A stretch of DNA of 61,359 bases, counting the filler, from Stramenopiles sp. TOSAG23-6 (lineage: Eukaryota), in NCBI GenBank assembly GCA_900128565.1. It is 15 parts of 15 records of this genome, joined end to end, with 100 filler letters (N's around TTAATTAATTAA, not from the genome) between each part and the next. Parts side by side here need not be neighbours in the genome. Positions count along the whole stretch, not along the records: positions 12,357 to 16,371 come from LT637296.1; positions 16,472 to 20,485 come from LT637297.1; positions 20,586 to 24,597 come from LT637298.1; positions 24,698 to 28,690 come from LT637299.1; 11 more parts are not named here. One strand, 5' to 3'. Each line of letters starts with the position of its first letter. The first letter of the stretch is position 1. Of the stretch, positions 12,357 to 25,500 are shown piece after piece. Made by a program: the position numbers and the translations under genes. A model generated the notes under the pieces. That model was not told the origin of the DNA, searched no databases, and saw only the letters and a program-made list of their open reading frames with translations.

Positions 12357-12630
12357 CTAACGAACCACTATATTTATTCTCTTGTAAACTTCTTGTAATC
12401 CAAAGCATATAACAGAAATTAACTGTTTGTAAACCAAAAAAAGTTGTAGCAAATAAATGAAAGACACTACGATGAGCACATATTCCACTAAAACGAACGT
12501 GTGTGAATAAACGTGAAATCCCCAACAAGAGAAATGTAGAGTACAGCACAACTGAGATTATATTAATCACAATAGCACTCTTACCCATATTCCGCATATC
12601 TATTTGAACTGGATTCCAATTCAATGGCAT
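12357..12630 (-). CDS. N-terminus of a multi-pass membrane protein (truncated)
   Basis: Two hydrophobic segments, runs into the gap. Confidence 0.5.
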
Positions 12631-12904
12631 TTTGGGGAAAGAAATTATCCCAAGTAATCAAAGTAGAATACCATTTTTATTACTTTTGAAAATTTGAAAA
12701 TAATACTATTTCGGTTCAGTAACACGAAATCCCGAAAAAATCGTATTTTGATAGATCAGTCATTCATGAAGATATATCAAAGGCGGGTACCCCCATATAT
12801 ATACCCTAATGCCTTGAAAAAAGATATCCAAAAAGAAAAATGTATTAAGATCATTCCATCAACACACATTATAGGCGTATAGATGCTTTATTTGCTGATA
12901 TAAG

Positions 12905-14834
12905 ATGGATTCTATTAACGGTTGGTGGCCGGAGGATCTCCCATTTGATAAAGCTCCTATCATCAAGGTTGGAGGCACTGTAAGACTCACTAGAAGCGAC
13001 GTTTCAAGCACACCAGTTTTCGGTACCGTTCGCTATTTTGGTTACGTACATTACAGCAGTAATATTATGTTGGAATAGAATTAAATACAGAGCAGAAAAG
13101 TATAGCTACTCATGACGGTTGTGTTCGAGGCGTTAGGTATTTTCATTGTCCAAAAAATAGAGGCATCATGCGGAAATGGGGCAACGAAGTTCTTTGTGGA
13201 ATCAAGTGTGTCACGGATGATGAGTTACGCAAAGTAGAGGTAATAAATTCAGATATTTTGAGAAATCAAGTTGCATTGCACAAGAGTTTAGCTATTTCTA
13301 AATTGATAAAACGAAATATTTCTGCACTGCGTATAGAGACATTTTATCGAAGATATAAAGCTCGAAAAAAATTTCAAGATCTGAAATTAAAAAGAGATAA
13401 TGCGGCTGCAACAAAATTGCAGTTATGTTATTTGAAATTTAAAGCTTGCAAAATGTTGGATGCATTAAAAGCAAATCAAGTAAAGAATCTTGCTGCAATT
13501 AAAGTGCAATCTCTGCAACGTGGAAATATCTGCCGTTCGTTAGGAATCATTTCAACATTGAAAAACACTAACCCTACAGTTATCCCAGATGAAAAGACAA
13601 ATACAAAAGAATTTACTCAAGCCATCAAAGATACAAAACTTAAAATTTGTCCAGCGTTACTCCATAAAATACAAATCGATGAAGAAATTGATAAAATTAC
13701 TAAAAGAGCTACAACTAAAAAACCTATAAACGCTGTAAAACAGGAAAATATATATTCAATTGAGCACTCACAGTTAATTGACATTCTTCAAAAGGTTTCT
13801 TTAGGTCTCAAAATGCATTCCGATGGTGATACGAAATCCCCATATTTCAAAAAAATTAAAAATATGATAAAAAGTCAAAATTTACAGCAGGGGTAGCATG
13901 TGCCAAAAGACGACGTTTAGAATATTTAAAGACAAAATTCAAGCGTGAGAAGTTAAAAAAAAGAAAAGCGTTAGGTACAAAATTTGGTACACAAAAAAAA
14001 ATGAATGAAATACCAGAAAAACATGTTGTTGGATTCAAAGCATACCAGGCTGCTTCGATGAGACGCTTACTAATGGCACAAACAGAAAATATACGTCGCA
14101 ATAATGCAAGAAAAATAAAAGAAATGAAAATGAGAGAAGCATCTAGGCGACGGAGAGATGTACGACTTGAACGACATAATATTAGATCTCGAGTTGTTCA
14201 ACTGAAAAAACTATCCAAGTCAATGCGCGCAAAGAAAAATAATGAAAATAATGGATCATCTCTAGATTCTAAAGAATCTGAACCAACTCATAATGAAAAT
14301 AATGGATCATCTCTTGAATCTAAAAAAGTTGAACCAACTCATGCATTGAAACGTGCGAATCTTAGGCGAGAACAAAAATTAAAAAGTCCAATAAAACTTT
14401 TTTCTCAAGCTTTACTAAGTGAAAATTCTGCACCACCAAGTCATAAATATTCACATATGAAAAAATTATACGTCAAACCACCTAAAAAGAAATGGTCACC
14501 GAGTGCGGCATGGGGAGCAAATCCAAAAAAAAAGAAAATATTAAGAAAAAAAACACGAGATTCTAGCACTTTTTCACCACGAGGTTCTACTAAGAATTTC
14601 CATAATAGTAGTAACAGTATCTTATACAAAACGTACAAGTCAAAGATTCCTACAAAAACGAAAGGAGTAAATAATAAAACATCAAAGATACAAAACTCAA
14701 AGATACAAAAATCAAAGAAATTGGAAAATTATCTTCAAATGAAACCAGAAGATCTGTTTCTTGAAGACTTATCTGTTTTGGTATCCAATCAATTATTAAT
14801 GAGCAAGTTTATACAAGATACAAAATCAAAATAA
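12905..14834 (+). CDS. CAP-Gly domain plus IQ-like, basic coiled-coil protein, with two apparent frameshifts (~13063, ~13855)
   Basis: GTVRYFGYVHY / YVGIEL...HDGCVRGVRYFHCPKNRG is a CAP-Gly signature split over two frames; VQSLQRGNICR IQ motif. Confidence 0.7.
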
Positions 14835-14907
14835 TACTCTAATAAATAACAATATATAGTATATTATTACAAAAATAATAATTTTAATTTTGTAACAAAT
14901 TATCGAT

Positions 14908-16337
14908 TTACACGGCCGAAGTTTTTGGTAAAATAAGATTTTTACCCTGTGTCATCATCTTCCAAGCAAAGCTCAATATAGCTACAAATAGAGGTTTCGT
15001 TAAATACAGAAATATTACGATTGGGATCACAATGCTCACACACACAACACAGCAATCCAACGTAAAATATGAAGCTTTCAACCAAAACTTTTTCACATTT
15101 TCTTTCGTTTTTTGAAGATGCTCTACATATATTGTTAAAAAATATTTCAAGAAAAAAAAACTAGAATTTGTTAGGTACAAAATTTCGTATGATAAAAAAA
15201 CTCAAAATTGAAATGAAAACGTACAATTATTTCCCACCACTTTAATTTATCCGGTAGTGATGGCTCAGGTACTTTTCGTTTTTCAGTAATTGATAGAGTT
15301 ATTGTAGCCATATCGCTTTGCTTTTTTAACGATGCTAGTCGAGCTGACTGCGATTCGACTTCTTGAGATACTATTCTCAGCTGTTTCTGTATTGTGATTT
15401 TTTTTTAGTACAAATATTTGTTAGAATTTTCATAGAAAAAAAATAAAAGTACGAAAAAAATAAATTTAAAACTCATATGTAATGAAAAAATACCTGTACC
15501 TCCAGAACGTCTTTCACGGCATTAGCTTTTTTCATTAAATGTAATAACTGGTTGTGACTTGCTAATAGAGACGAGTGTCGAGCTGTACGATCGACATATT
15601 CATCTGTAACATCACGAGAGTTAATATACTGTGAAACTAAATTTTCTTGTGGGACTAAATCTTTCAAAGAAGAAACAACTTCGTCGAACATATTTGACGA
15701 AATCCGAAGCGTGAGATGTACACGAACTAACTTTCTTGGTTTCTCTAGATTCTGCTGTTTATTGTACTGCCAGTGGTGATCGTTAAATGTATCGGTGCGA
15801 GAACTTTCGATATATCCACCAGAACGTTTCACAGTTTCTTCAACTTTTTTTTCTATTTCGACTATTGGCATTTCAGAATTTTTCGATATAAATACCTCAA
15901 GGTTCAGTGTCGCAGTTTTAATTAGTACACGTCCATCCGGTGAAGGGAATTTCTGGCTAGGCGATCCAACTTGCCTTTTTTAAATCTGAAAAACTTTCGT
16001 GGTTGGACATTTTTCTTGCACTTCGCTTTTGCGGCATTGCATTGCTTGCCATCATTGGTTCTGCCAAGTACTCCATACCAGAAGAACGATCCATCGCATT
16101 TACATTTCCATGCATCAAATGAGAATCATCGGCGTCGGTTTTAATAACGAATGTTAAAACTACAGCAAATATCACAACAAAAGAAATATAAAGGCGAGAT
16201 TGAAAAGTGTTCGACATTGTTTTTTGTGTTTTCTCTTTAGTAAATTTCTGATTTACTTTCGATTCCACTGATGAAGCTTTCTCTTCACACTCCTCAGATA
16301 CAACTCGCTTCGAATTAGTCAACCGCTGTCGAACCAT
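14908..16337 (-). CDS. DUF4349-family membrane protein; 2 introns and an A-run frameshift near 15980
   Basis: RVLIKTATLNLEV, GGYIES, SRDVTDEYVD, DVLEVQ-KQL, MATITLSI, C-terminal TM. Confidence 0.7.
15127..15224 (-). other. Family intron, GT-AT (98 nt)
   Basis: ATT|GTACGT...AATATAT|GTA gives WWEII-VEHLQK in frame. Confidence 0.75.
15387..15493 (-). other. Family-like intron, canonical GT-AG (107 nt)
   Basis: CAG|GTATTT...CTAAC...AATACAG|AAA gives EVQ-KQL. Confidence 0.8.
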
Positions 16338-16471
16338 GCAATTAACAGTACCTAAAACTTTGTTTCTTTTCNNNNNNNNNNNNNNNNNNNNNNNNNNNNN
16401 NNNNNNNNNNNNNNNTTAATTAATTAANNNNNNNNNNNNNNNNNNNNNNNNNNNNNNNNNNNNNNNNNNNN

Positions 16472-16506
<35 letters not shown>

Positions 16507-16552
16507 ATGAAAATTTGTACCTAACAGAAAAAAAAAATTTGAAAAAAAAAAT

Positions 16553-17099
16553 ATGTTTGTACGATATATGGGTAAAAAACGAAATGAAGTGGAACGACAA
16601 ATTGCTAAATTGCTTGCTTTTGAAAAAGCACATCCAAATATTGAAGGATTAATTATCAAACAAAGTGAATTAGACGATGCTGTACATCAGATTGGTCGTA
16701 CTGTTGAAGATCGTAAAATTGTGAAAGATGTAATTTTTTTTTCATTTTTTTTACAAAAATTTTTTTTTTTTTCCTATGAAAATTTGTACCTAACAAAAAA
16801 AATTGAAAAAAAAAAAAAATATTTTTAAAAAATGTATGAAGAAAAGAAAACATCAGATCATGATAGTAATCATCATGAACATTCAAATCATCGTCTTCAT
16901 CGATATGACGATGAGTCATTTGAAGAGGAGCATTTTTTTGGAGAGTTAGCCATCAAAGTCTGTAGTGGAACAGACCTGCCGTCTATGGATTTTCTNAGTA
17001 AAAATGATAATTTTGTTACTTTACAATTTATCAGTCAAAAAAGCAACAATAAAAAANTGTTAGCTGAGGGAGACTCGAGTGANGGACCCAGTGATGATG
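16553..17099 (+). CDS. Internal fragment of a C2-domain-containing protein; GT-AT intron 16730-16837
   Basis: GELAIKVCSGTDLPSMDF.SKNDNFVTLQF resembles a C2 start; GAT|GTAATT...GTAT|GAA is in frame. Confidence 0.55.
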
Positions 17100-17110
17100 T
17101 ACGTTATACA

Positions 17111-17150
17111 TTAATTATGATTAATTATGATTAATTATGATTAATTATGA
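17111..17150 (+). repeat. (TTAATTATGA)4 minisatellite
   Basis: Visible tandem repeat. Confidence 0.85.
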
Positions 17151-17275
17151 TATGTCTACAAAATGTTAAAAAAAAAAAAAAAAAAAATATTTTTTTTTTC
17201 GCTGCTGTTTTTGTTTACGTACGAAATTTCCTATATAAAAAAAAAATGAAATTGAAATGAATGATATAAACGTAC

Positions 17276-19817
17276 ATGTGGGATCACCTTTAAACATATT
17301 TTGAGTAGATATAAAACGAGGATCATCGTCTTCGATAGCAGGTCTGTCAATATCGTCATGTTGTGTACAACAAAATATTTCAAAAAAAAAAAAAAAATCG
17401 TTAGGTACAAATTTTACTATGAAAAAAAAAAAAAAAAAATCGAAAAATTCGAAAAATTCAAAAAAAAACACATACAACACAAACTCGCCAAAGTGGAATT
17501 GGTTTTTTCAAATTTTTCAACCAAAGTTCTCTTTCTTTCTTTTTTCGTGTTTTTTCGATTTCAGCGACTTCTTCAGGCGTTAAACGAACTTTAATATTTT
17601 GTTTTCGTAATAATTCTGCCAAATCTTGAGATTCTTTATAGCTTAAACCTTTTACATCCGTCATATACTGTAGGAAAATATAATGAAACATTTCACATTT
17701 TTTTTTGTTAGGTACAAAATTTACTATGAAAAAAAAAAAAAAATTAAAAAAATTAAAAAAATTAAAAAAATTTCATAGTTTACAGTTTTATCTATAAACA
17801 TGTGTAACTATATATGATGACAACTCACATATGAACTTCTTTTTCCCATGTCGCTTTACTATAAATATATAAAAAATTCTTACTTTGTTAGCTATAGTAC
17901 TTTCAAAGAACAAAGCAAAAAAAAAAAAGATCCAAAAAAGTTTTTGTTTAGATACAACGTTTCTTATTAAAAAAAAAAAAAAAAAAAAAAATGTTTTGTT
18001 TTAGGTACGAAATTTCGTACGAAAAAAAACGTACCAGGAGCGTTCGCCAGACTTTCTGCATCGTCCTGTAATTTTCGTCTTTTTTTTAATAAATCTCTTC
18101 GCGTCTTTTTAATCTTTGATGTAGTGTACAAACAAAATCAAATTTTTTTTAAACATTTGTTAGGTACAATTTTTTCTTACAAAAAAAAAAACATTTAGTT
18201 ATTTAGTTATTTAGTTATTTAGTTATTTAGTTATTTAGTTATTTAGTTAGTTAGTTATTTAGTTATTTAGTTATTTAGTTAGTTATGAAAACAAACATAT
18301 TTTTTTTTGTTTTTTTATCTTTTCTGCCAGTACCAAATGATTTGTCAAAAAATATACCGTGCATATATAATTTTGTTAATGAAAGATAATTTTTGTTCAC
18401 AAAAAAATGACGTCATCAAGAGGAATCAAAAAAAGGTTAATTTAAAAAAAAAAAAAATTCAAAAAAATTTAAAAAAAAATTTAAAAAAAAATTCAAAAAA
18501 ATTTTAAAATTTTTTTTTTAAATTAAAAAAAAATCGTTAGGTACAAAATTTCGTATGAAACAAAAAAAAAATTAACCTACAGCGTCCCGTTTATCTCGTT
18601 CAATAATATCCTGAATTGATTCAATTTTCGCATTTGGTGGATTTGAAATATTTTCTATTTTAGTTTGATTTTGGACAAGTAAAGAAATACTCTCCATATT
18701 TTTTTTTTCCTTTTTTTTGCTTCTCTTTTTTTTATCTCTTTTTATTTTGATTATTGGTGCCATTGTTGGATACCGTTTATACAATTTTGACCATAGCATT
18801 TTCTCTTTATTTTTATATACATTAATAAAATATGTCGGAATAATAAATTATGTTTAGATGGAGAATTAAGGAAACAGTAACAAAGATTCAATACAATTCT
18901 ATGAAATTTTTTTTTTTTGTATGAAATTNTATGAAANATTTTTTTTTNGTAAAAAAAACATACGGTATCAATTTGTTCTACAAATACGGACATATCACTA
19001 TTAACTTTTTCCTTGTCACATTCCTCAAAAAATATTTTTAATCTTTCTTTCAATGGGCGATTTGGCCATTGAAACTGACTCCATTTTGAGGGTGGATTAG
19101 GGTTAGGCCTATCTTTTTTAGTTTCCTCAAGAATAAGGTATACAGTGTAGGAAAATATTTCAAATTTGTCTAATCATTTTTTGTTAGGTACAAACTGTAC
19201 TATGAAAAACAAAATGAAAACAAAATGAATAAATGAATGAATGAATGAATAAATGAATGAATGAATGAATGAATGAATGAATGAATGAATGAATGAATGA
19301 AGAAAATGTACCTGAAAATTCAGCGTGTTTTTGTTTTGCATCTGCAATCTATAGTTGTGTGAAGATGTATATACGTAAACTATTTTTGTTAGTCTATATT
19401 GTACGAGAATTAGTATAATATAAGGATGAAACGAATATTGTCTCTATTATCCGTAAATTGCGTATCATTTGTGTTGTACCAATAGGTACAAAAAATGGTA
19501 CGGAATCCAAAGATACGTAGAGCAACAAAGCAATGACACAAACAGATAAAAATGCATAGACATATTCGGCCAACACATCATTGTATATGAACAATACGTA
19601 ATCAAATCCTTTCAAAACAAAAAACAAAAAAAGACAGTAAAAGAAGATTATTGATGAAAAGAGACGAGAAATAGAAAAGTGTAAAGAAACAAAATTGATC
19701 AAAACAGAATTAGACACGTACTTTTTTAGCCAATTCAGCTGCGCGTCTCACAGCACGAAGTGTAAAGTAATTTCTCTCTTCTTGTTCACGTGAAGACACG
19801 TGTTCCTTAGTAGCCAT
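17276..19817 (-). CDS. Intron-rich gene of unknown function (MATKEHVSSRE...)
   Basis: ATG 19817; GT-AG intron 19349-19721; GT-AT intron 19311 to ~19140; several further family introns between short exons. Confidence 0.55.
18193..18286 (+). repeat. (TTAGTTAT)n intronic microsatellite
   Basis: Visible tandem repeat. Confidence 0.85.
19224..19300 (+). repeat. (GAAT)n intronic microsatellite
   Basis: Visible tandem repeat inside a family intron. Confidence 0.9.
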
Positions 19818-20585
19818 ATCTTTCGACAGATGTAATCAATAATACGTTATCTATATAGGAATGAAGGAAACGTTATACACGAAATACTTTCGAATGGTAA
19901 TATGATTGAATGACTACCACCAAGTATACCTTTTTTTCAAATTCAGATATTTACTGTTGTACTTTTTTCGTCATGACACAATACCTTTCGTTGGTATACA
20001 TTGAATGACATGTATTTTCAATAGAGGTCTGCAAATCAAGTATATAATTACAATAAATATATTGAGTTGTTGAATGAGTACCAACAGAGTTTATTTAAAT
20101 ACCCGTAGGAGTCTCTCTCTCTCTCTACTCTTACTAGTTGGTACCTTTAGACTAAGTCAAAACTCAAAAAAAGTCGTTGTACAGTTACAAAAATTACAAA
20201 ATTAAAAAAAAAAATGAACAAAAAAAAAACTTAACCCTAACCCTAGCTAAAATCCGTCGGTTATAAAAAATTGTTCGTCGTTCCGGTGATTTTCCGTTAA
20301 ATTTCTTCGGCCTGTTTTTTCTCGCAAAACATATCTTTCTTATATATTCTATAGTACTCAAGTTACTATACAAGTATATTACTATACAAGAAACAACGCA
20401 AACGCAACAAAGGTATTCAACGATGAAAATAACATGTGTATTCTTTCTTTTCTTGGTTATATTGTATAACACAACAAGTGTTGTCNNNNNNNNNNNNNNN
20501 NNNNNNNNNNNNNNNNNNNNNNNNNNNNNTTAATTAATTAANNNNNNNNNNNNNNNNNNNNNNNNNNNNNNNNNNNNNNNNNNNN

Positions 20586-21264
20586 CTTATATTTTGGTAA
20601 ATCCATCAAAGGTGTTCTATCTGCTACAGTTGTGATTTTTTCTAATAACTTTGCTTTTTTAACACGACGTATTGCATTTTTCATATTTTTGGAGTCATCC
20701 ATGAAAACACTGTGACATTTGCATTCATTTTTCAATGGCTCACCAGGACCTTTTTCAATCAACTTCAAAAGAAGCCGAATAGTCAAAGCTTTTTGTCCTT
20801 TATACGCAAAAGCGAAATAAATATAGTTTTTTATCAAAAATACCTAATTCTTCTAATGTACGTGATCCATGTTTTGTATTTCCTAACTGGAGAACTAACT
20901 TCTTTTCTAAGCTTCCATCTCTTGAATAAGGTAAAAGTTCTCCACTAGGAAAAGGACAAGGCCCTCCAGCCGAATATGGAACACATCTCACGACTTCTCG
21001 ACTACCGTAAGGGTTCAGCCTTTGATGTTCCTCGGGTGTAAATGCCTTATAAATAAGTCGGTGAAACTCGTCAATAGTAGTACTTTTGCAAGCAACGACT
21101 GTCTTTGTACGTGACGGTCGATTTGTTTTTTCTTTGTTCTTACTCTTACAGTGTAAACAAACAACGTCGAATTTTCTAAAATCAGCACCTGCTTCACGTC
21201 CATGTGTTTGACCTTTGTACAATCGCGCAGGAATTGTACATGTAACCCCACCAGCAGATGACAT
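20586..21264 (-). CDS. Unknown protein, 3' truncated, probable frameshift near 20835
   Basis: Two overlapping ORFs joined at an A/T run. Confidence 0.45.
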
Positions 21265-21535
21265 GCTAGTATACAGACTTGGATAGTATAAAGTTAAATT
21301 CTTGAGAAAATAAGGTGCGGAGATGGCGAACTCCGTTATTTTAACGTTTCTGTTTTGAATTATTATACGGTTTCAGTTTCATTTTGCCTAGTCAGCTTTT
21401 GAATTCTTGCCGACATTAGTGCTGATAGGCATAGTTTTGTCTACAATAACAATATTGTATCATTTGATACTTGTGCAATATTCATAGTAATGTATTGATA
21501 GTGGTAATTATTTCATCTGTATTTGTGTAGAAAAA

Positions 21536-23845
21536 ATGTCAGATATTGGAGTTTGCGAATCTACAGAGGGTAAAGACTCCTCCATGTGGTTTGTCGGAGT
21601 TATCATGTCAATATTTGCGTCAATTGCGTCTAATTTTGGACTCAATGTTCAGAAATTATCCATGAATAAAGAGCAATTGCGTAACTTGGCAAAACGACGC
21701 CCTTACATCCGTCAACCTTCATGGGGAACGGGGTTGATTTTAGTAGTTTGTGGTTCTATTGCAGACTTTGCAGCTCTTGGTTTTGCAGCTCAGTCTCTTA
21801 TTACTCCCGTAGGAGGAATTACTATGGTCGCAAATGTGTTCTTTGCATATGCTTTTCTAGGCGAAAATGTTACAAGAAAAGATGTATTTGCTACTGTAAT
21901 TATATGTAGTGGTGTTGCATTGATTCCTGTATTTGCAGATAAGTCTGAGTCTTGTTATACAGCAGACGATCTTATTATGCTTTTTCAGCGTTGGCAATTT
22001 GTTTCATACGCTGTTGTATTTGCTATTTTCTTTTTTAGTCTTTTTTTTTTTTTTGTACGTTACCCGCCAAGCGTCAATGAAGAGACGCCAGTATGGTGAC
22101 AATTCAAAAGAATATGCACTTGCTCGTACATTGCACCGTTTTGGTTACCCTACTCTATCTGGTTTAATTGGAGCACAGGATGTACTTTTTGCAAAAGCGA
22201 CGGCGGAGCTGATTAAAAGTTCTTTTCGAGGTGAAAATCAGTTCAGGTACATAAGCACATGGCTAATAGTTGTAATGATGGTTCTATGCATTTTTGCACA
22301 GTTGCATTTTCTCGCGATGGCACTAAAACATTTCGATGCGGTTTACGTCGTTCCAGTTTTTCAGTGTTTTTTTATATCTGGTTCAATTATTGCTGGTGCA
22401 GTGTATTACAGAGAATTTGAGGATTTTAGTTTTTCTCAGACAATTGGTTTTATTATTGCTGTCGCGTTGACTCTAGTGGGAGTGTATATACTGTCTCAAA
22501 GGTCTTTGAAAACTATACCAATATTTAGAACCAAAGAACCAAAGAAACGATTTAAGGCAGCGGTACACTGCGTCACTTTTCTTAACTGGAGATATAAATA
22601 CCCTCAGTGGAAAAGAAAAAGGTCCTCTGCTTGGTCCGCGTAAGAAGGATTTAGTTACTCGAAGTATAGGTGCACAAACAATAGTTACAGGACAAAATAG
22701 TATATGGTCTGATGGAAAGGATAAATCAACTTTGATAGATATACAATCAAGAATTATAGCACCTNNNNNNNNNNNNNNNNNNNNNNNNNNNNNNNNNNNN
22801 NNNNNNAGGAACACTTGGTACGGCTCTACCATCGGATATAGTTCGTAATACAGCAATACAGAGAGCACATACACATCAACTAGGAAGAAGATACCCTGAT
22901 GATAATGATCCATTTTATACTGTAGAAGAAGATGATATAACTTCATCGAATTTATATCCAAATGCTATGAGTCATATGAATGCACAACCACAACGTGGTA
23001 ATATTTTACGATCTCTCACCGAATTTCCCCAACGTCCTGGTTTTCAAGAAAATCAGAATTATTCTAGATTTGATGAACCTGGAATGCCACAGTTTGCTTT
23101 TAATCTTGATCAAAACTACAGTGAAGAATATTTACGTCGAAAGCAGCAAGAACTGAGGACATATACACGAAATGTGTATAAACCAGATATGCTCGCTCCT
23201 GTTCCTACAGGGCTTGGTTTATCGTTTGCTTTAAGTGAAGTCGGTGGTTATATAAAACGAAAGTTTCTACCTTCCTCTAGTGGAAGATCTCGAGGAAATA
23301 GCCTAGAATCTGACAATGTACTCTCGGATGCCTCAGCTTTAAGGAATACAAGTCAACCAAATGACCCTTTTTATACTTCCCACCATTCACTTGAAGTACT
23401 AGGTGAACAATCAAATGGGGGTTCGACGGCAGTAGCAGTTGGAAATCGATTAGCTTCTCAAGGTCAAATATACAGAACCGAAGGAGATACTTTATTAACA
23501 CCATCTGCGATACGTTCTAAATCGCGCACTGCAAGTATTCGGAAAGAAAGTAATTTATCCAAAGAACAAAAAGAAAACAAAATTGAAAAAATTCCTGTCA
23601 AGGTCAAAAAAATAAAGAGTGTTGGTTTACAAAATTTGGAGAAATCAAAAAACGCTAAAAAAATGGGTGCAACTGAAACGAAATATACAACGACCTACCA
23701 AACACTAGAATCATCTAGGGAAAATATGAATTCCCCAATAGGTTTCACTTCTGACATTGATGATCCATTTGCACTTGGAAATACATTACCACTGAAGCAA
23801 CCAAAAGAACCTAAAGAACAAAACCATTCAAAGAATTCAAAATAA
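21536..23845 (+). CDS. NIPA-family magnesium transporter with long disordered C-terminus (homopolymer frameshifts, internal gap)
   Basis: SNFGLNVQK, ADFAALGFAAQSLITPVGG, QLHFLAMALKHFDAVYVVPVFQ, GAVYYREF. Confidence 0.85.
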
Positions 23846-24260
23846 TACATTCATCAAATCGAACATATTTTAAATATGTTTTATTGAATTGTTGAACATA
23901 CAATGGGTATAACATACACGCAATGTAGTCATAATTTTCTTTTGAGTTGTGTGTTACTCATGCGAGAATGAAGTCTTTCAAGGAAATGTATATACATTTA
24001 TACTTTTATATAAAAAAAATCTTTTTCGTGTATAAAACAATCAATATTTTTATTGTGCAGTGAGTTACTATCAATAATTAAGTCACGACAATTAATGACT
24101 ACTCAAAGTCAAACCTGTCGCTTACACTACAAAATAGATAATATTTTTTCGTATAATCTAATACTTCAATTCATGTATAAAACATAACCTTCAAATCCTT
24201 GAAATCCTTGAAATCCTTGAAATCTTTGAAATTAAAACTAACATAACTACGTATATTGTC

Positions 24261-24597
24261 TCATATTAAATTTATCGTCAGATGAATGAAAAATAATACT
24301 GAAATTAATGAAATCTGTATCGTAGAGGATAGGGAGACATGCCCATAACAATCTATGTTGTCTTCAATTATTTCAACAGTATAATCTTCAAAAAAAGCTG
24401 GCTTTGCACCTTGATTAGAATTCAAAAAAGTCTTCGCATCCGCCCACTCCAATGAAGGGACAACTACATCGTCACCTAACGCTTCCATGCCTCTCTCCTC
24501 AACTTTTAGCATACCACATTGATCAAATTTTGATGGCGCAATTTCATCCGCAAGAGACTTACAAATACGCACAACACCATTTTTTATATACTTTGGT
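24261..24597 (-). CDS. 3' end of an unknown gene
   Basis: Open frame from the gap to the stop. Confidence 0.5.
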
Positions 24598-24795
24598 NNN
24601 NNNNNNNNNNNNNNNNNNNNNNNNNNNNNNNNNNNNNNNNNTTAATTAATTAANNNNNNNNNNNNNNNNNNNNNNNNNNNNNNNNNNNNNNNNNNNNATA
24701 TGTATGTTTTATTTTTTTTCAAATTCGTTTTTTTCGTACGAAATTTTGTACCTAACAAATTGAATTTTTTTTTGAAATATTTTTCCAAAATACAT

Positions 24796-25378
24796 ATCAG
24801 ATGTTCTCAATAGTAATTTTCAAAGCATACAATCGGCAAAGTTAGAATTAGAAGAAAAAATAAAAGAGCAGAATTGTACAATGTCTAGTATCTATAATTC
24901 AGTAGAGAATATGTTTTCACTTGTACAATGTAAAGATAGGAAAATTATAGATATCATAAAATCTCAAGGGATAAACAGTGCCACAATCATCCAAATTTTA
25001 GGTGGTATCGAATCATGTATATCTCGAATAAGGCAAAAATATTTCGTTTTAAAACATCAAGAAAAAGAAAAAATATCAGAGAAAAAAACAAAGTTTGTAG
25101 TACGGCCGTACAACCCTAGATCAAAATCGAATAAATGCAGAGGATTAAAAGTTACTGCACCTCATATTGGAAGTAAGATGGTGAGGCAGCTATATGGTGC
25201 TTCAAATGATGATTTTATCGAAGCAAATCAACCAAAAAGTCAGTCATCATTACTCATGGAACTAAGTACTCGTGCAAATCATTTTTCAGATGTACAAACG
25301 AAATTTCCAGAATACAGAAATAATGATCAATGTAGAGATGAAATAGATGAGACGAAATTACATGGCGTAGAAGTGTGA
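24796..25378 (+). CDS. Terminal exon, possibly outer-dynein-arm docking complex (ODAD1/CCDC63-like)
   Basis: After GT-AT intron 24702-24795; FSLVQC...QGIN..TIIQILGGIE resembles this family (weak). Confidence 0.4.
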
Positions 25379-25500
25379 TAATATTATGGTACAAAAATAA
25401 AAGTTTTACAATTTCGAAATCTTATACTTATTCTTACTTCTCTTAGGTTAGGGTTAGGGAAATATAGACCAATTTCAATTCATGTAAAGCTCATTTATTC

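Noticed and set aside
19097-19108. TTAGGGTTAGG as a telo-box
   Set aside because: It lies in a minus-strand exon encoding RPNPNP.
16420-20472. Short F/K-rich ORFs containing MYLTN, RTKFCT or VRNFVPN
   Set aside because: These are translations of the intron element and homopolymers, not proteins.
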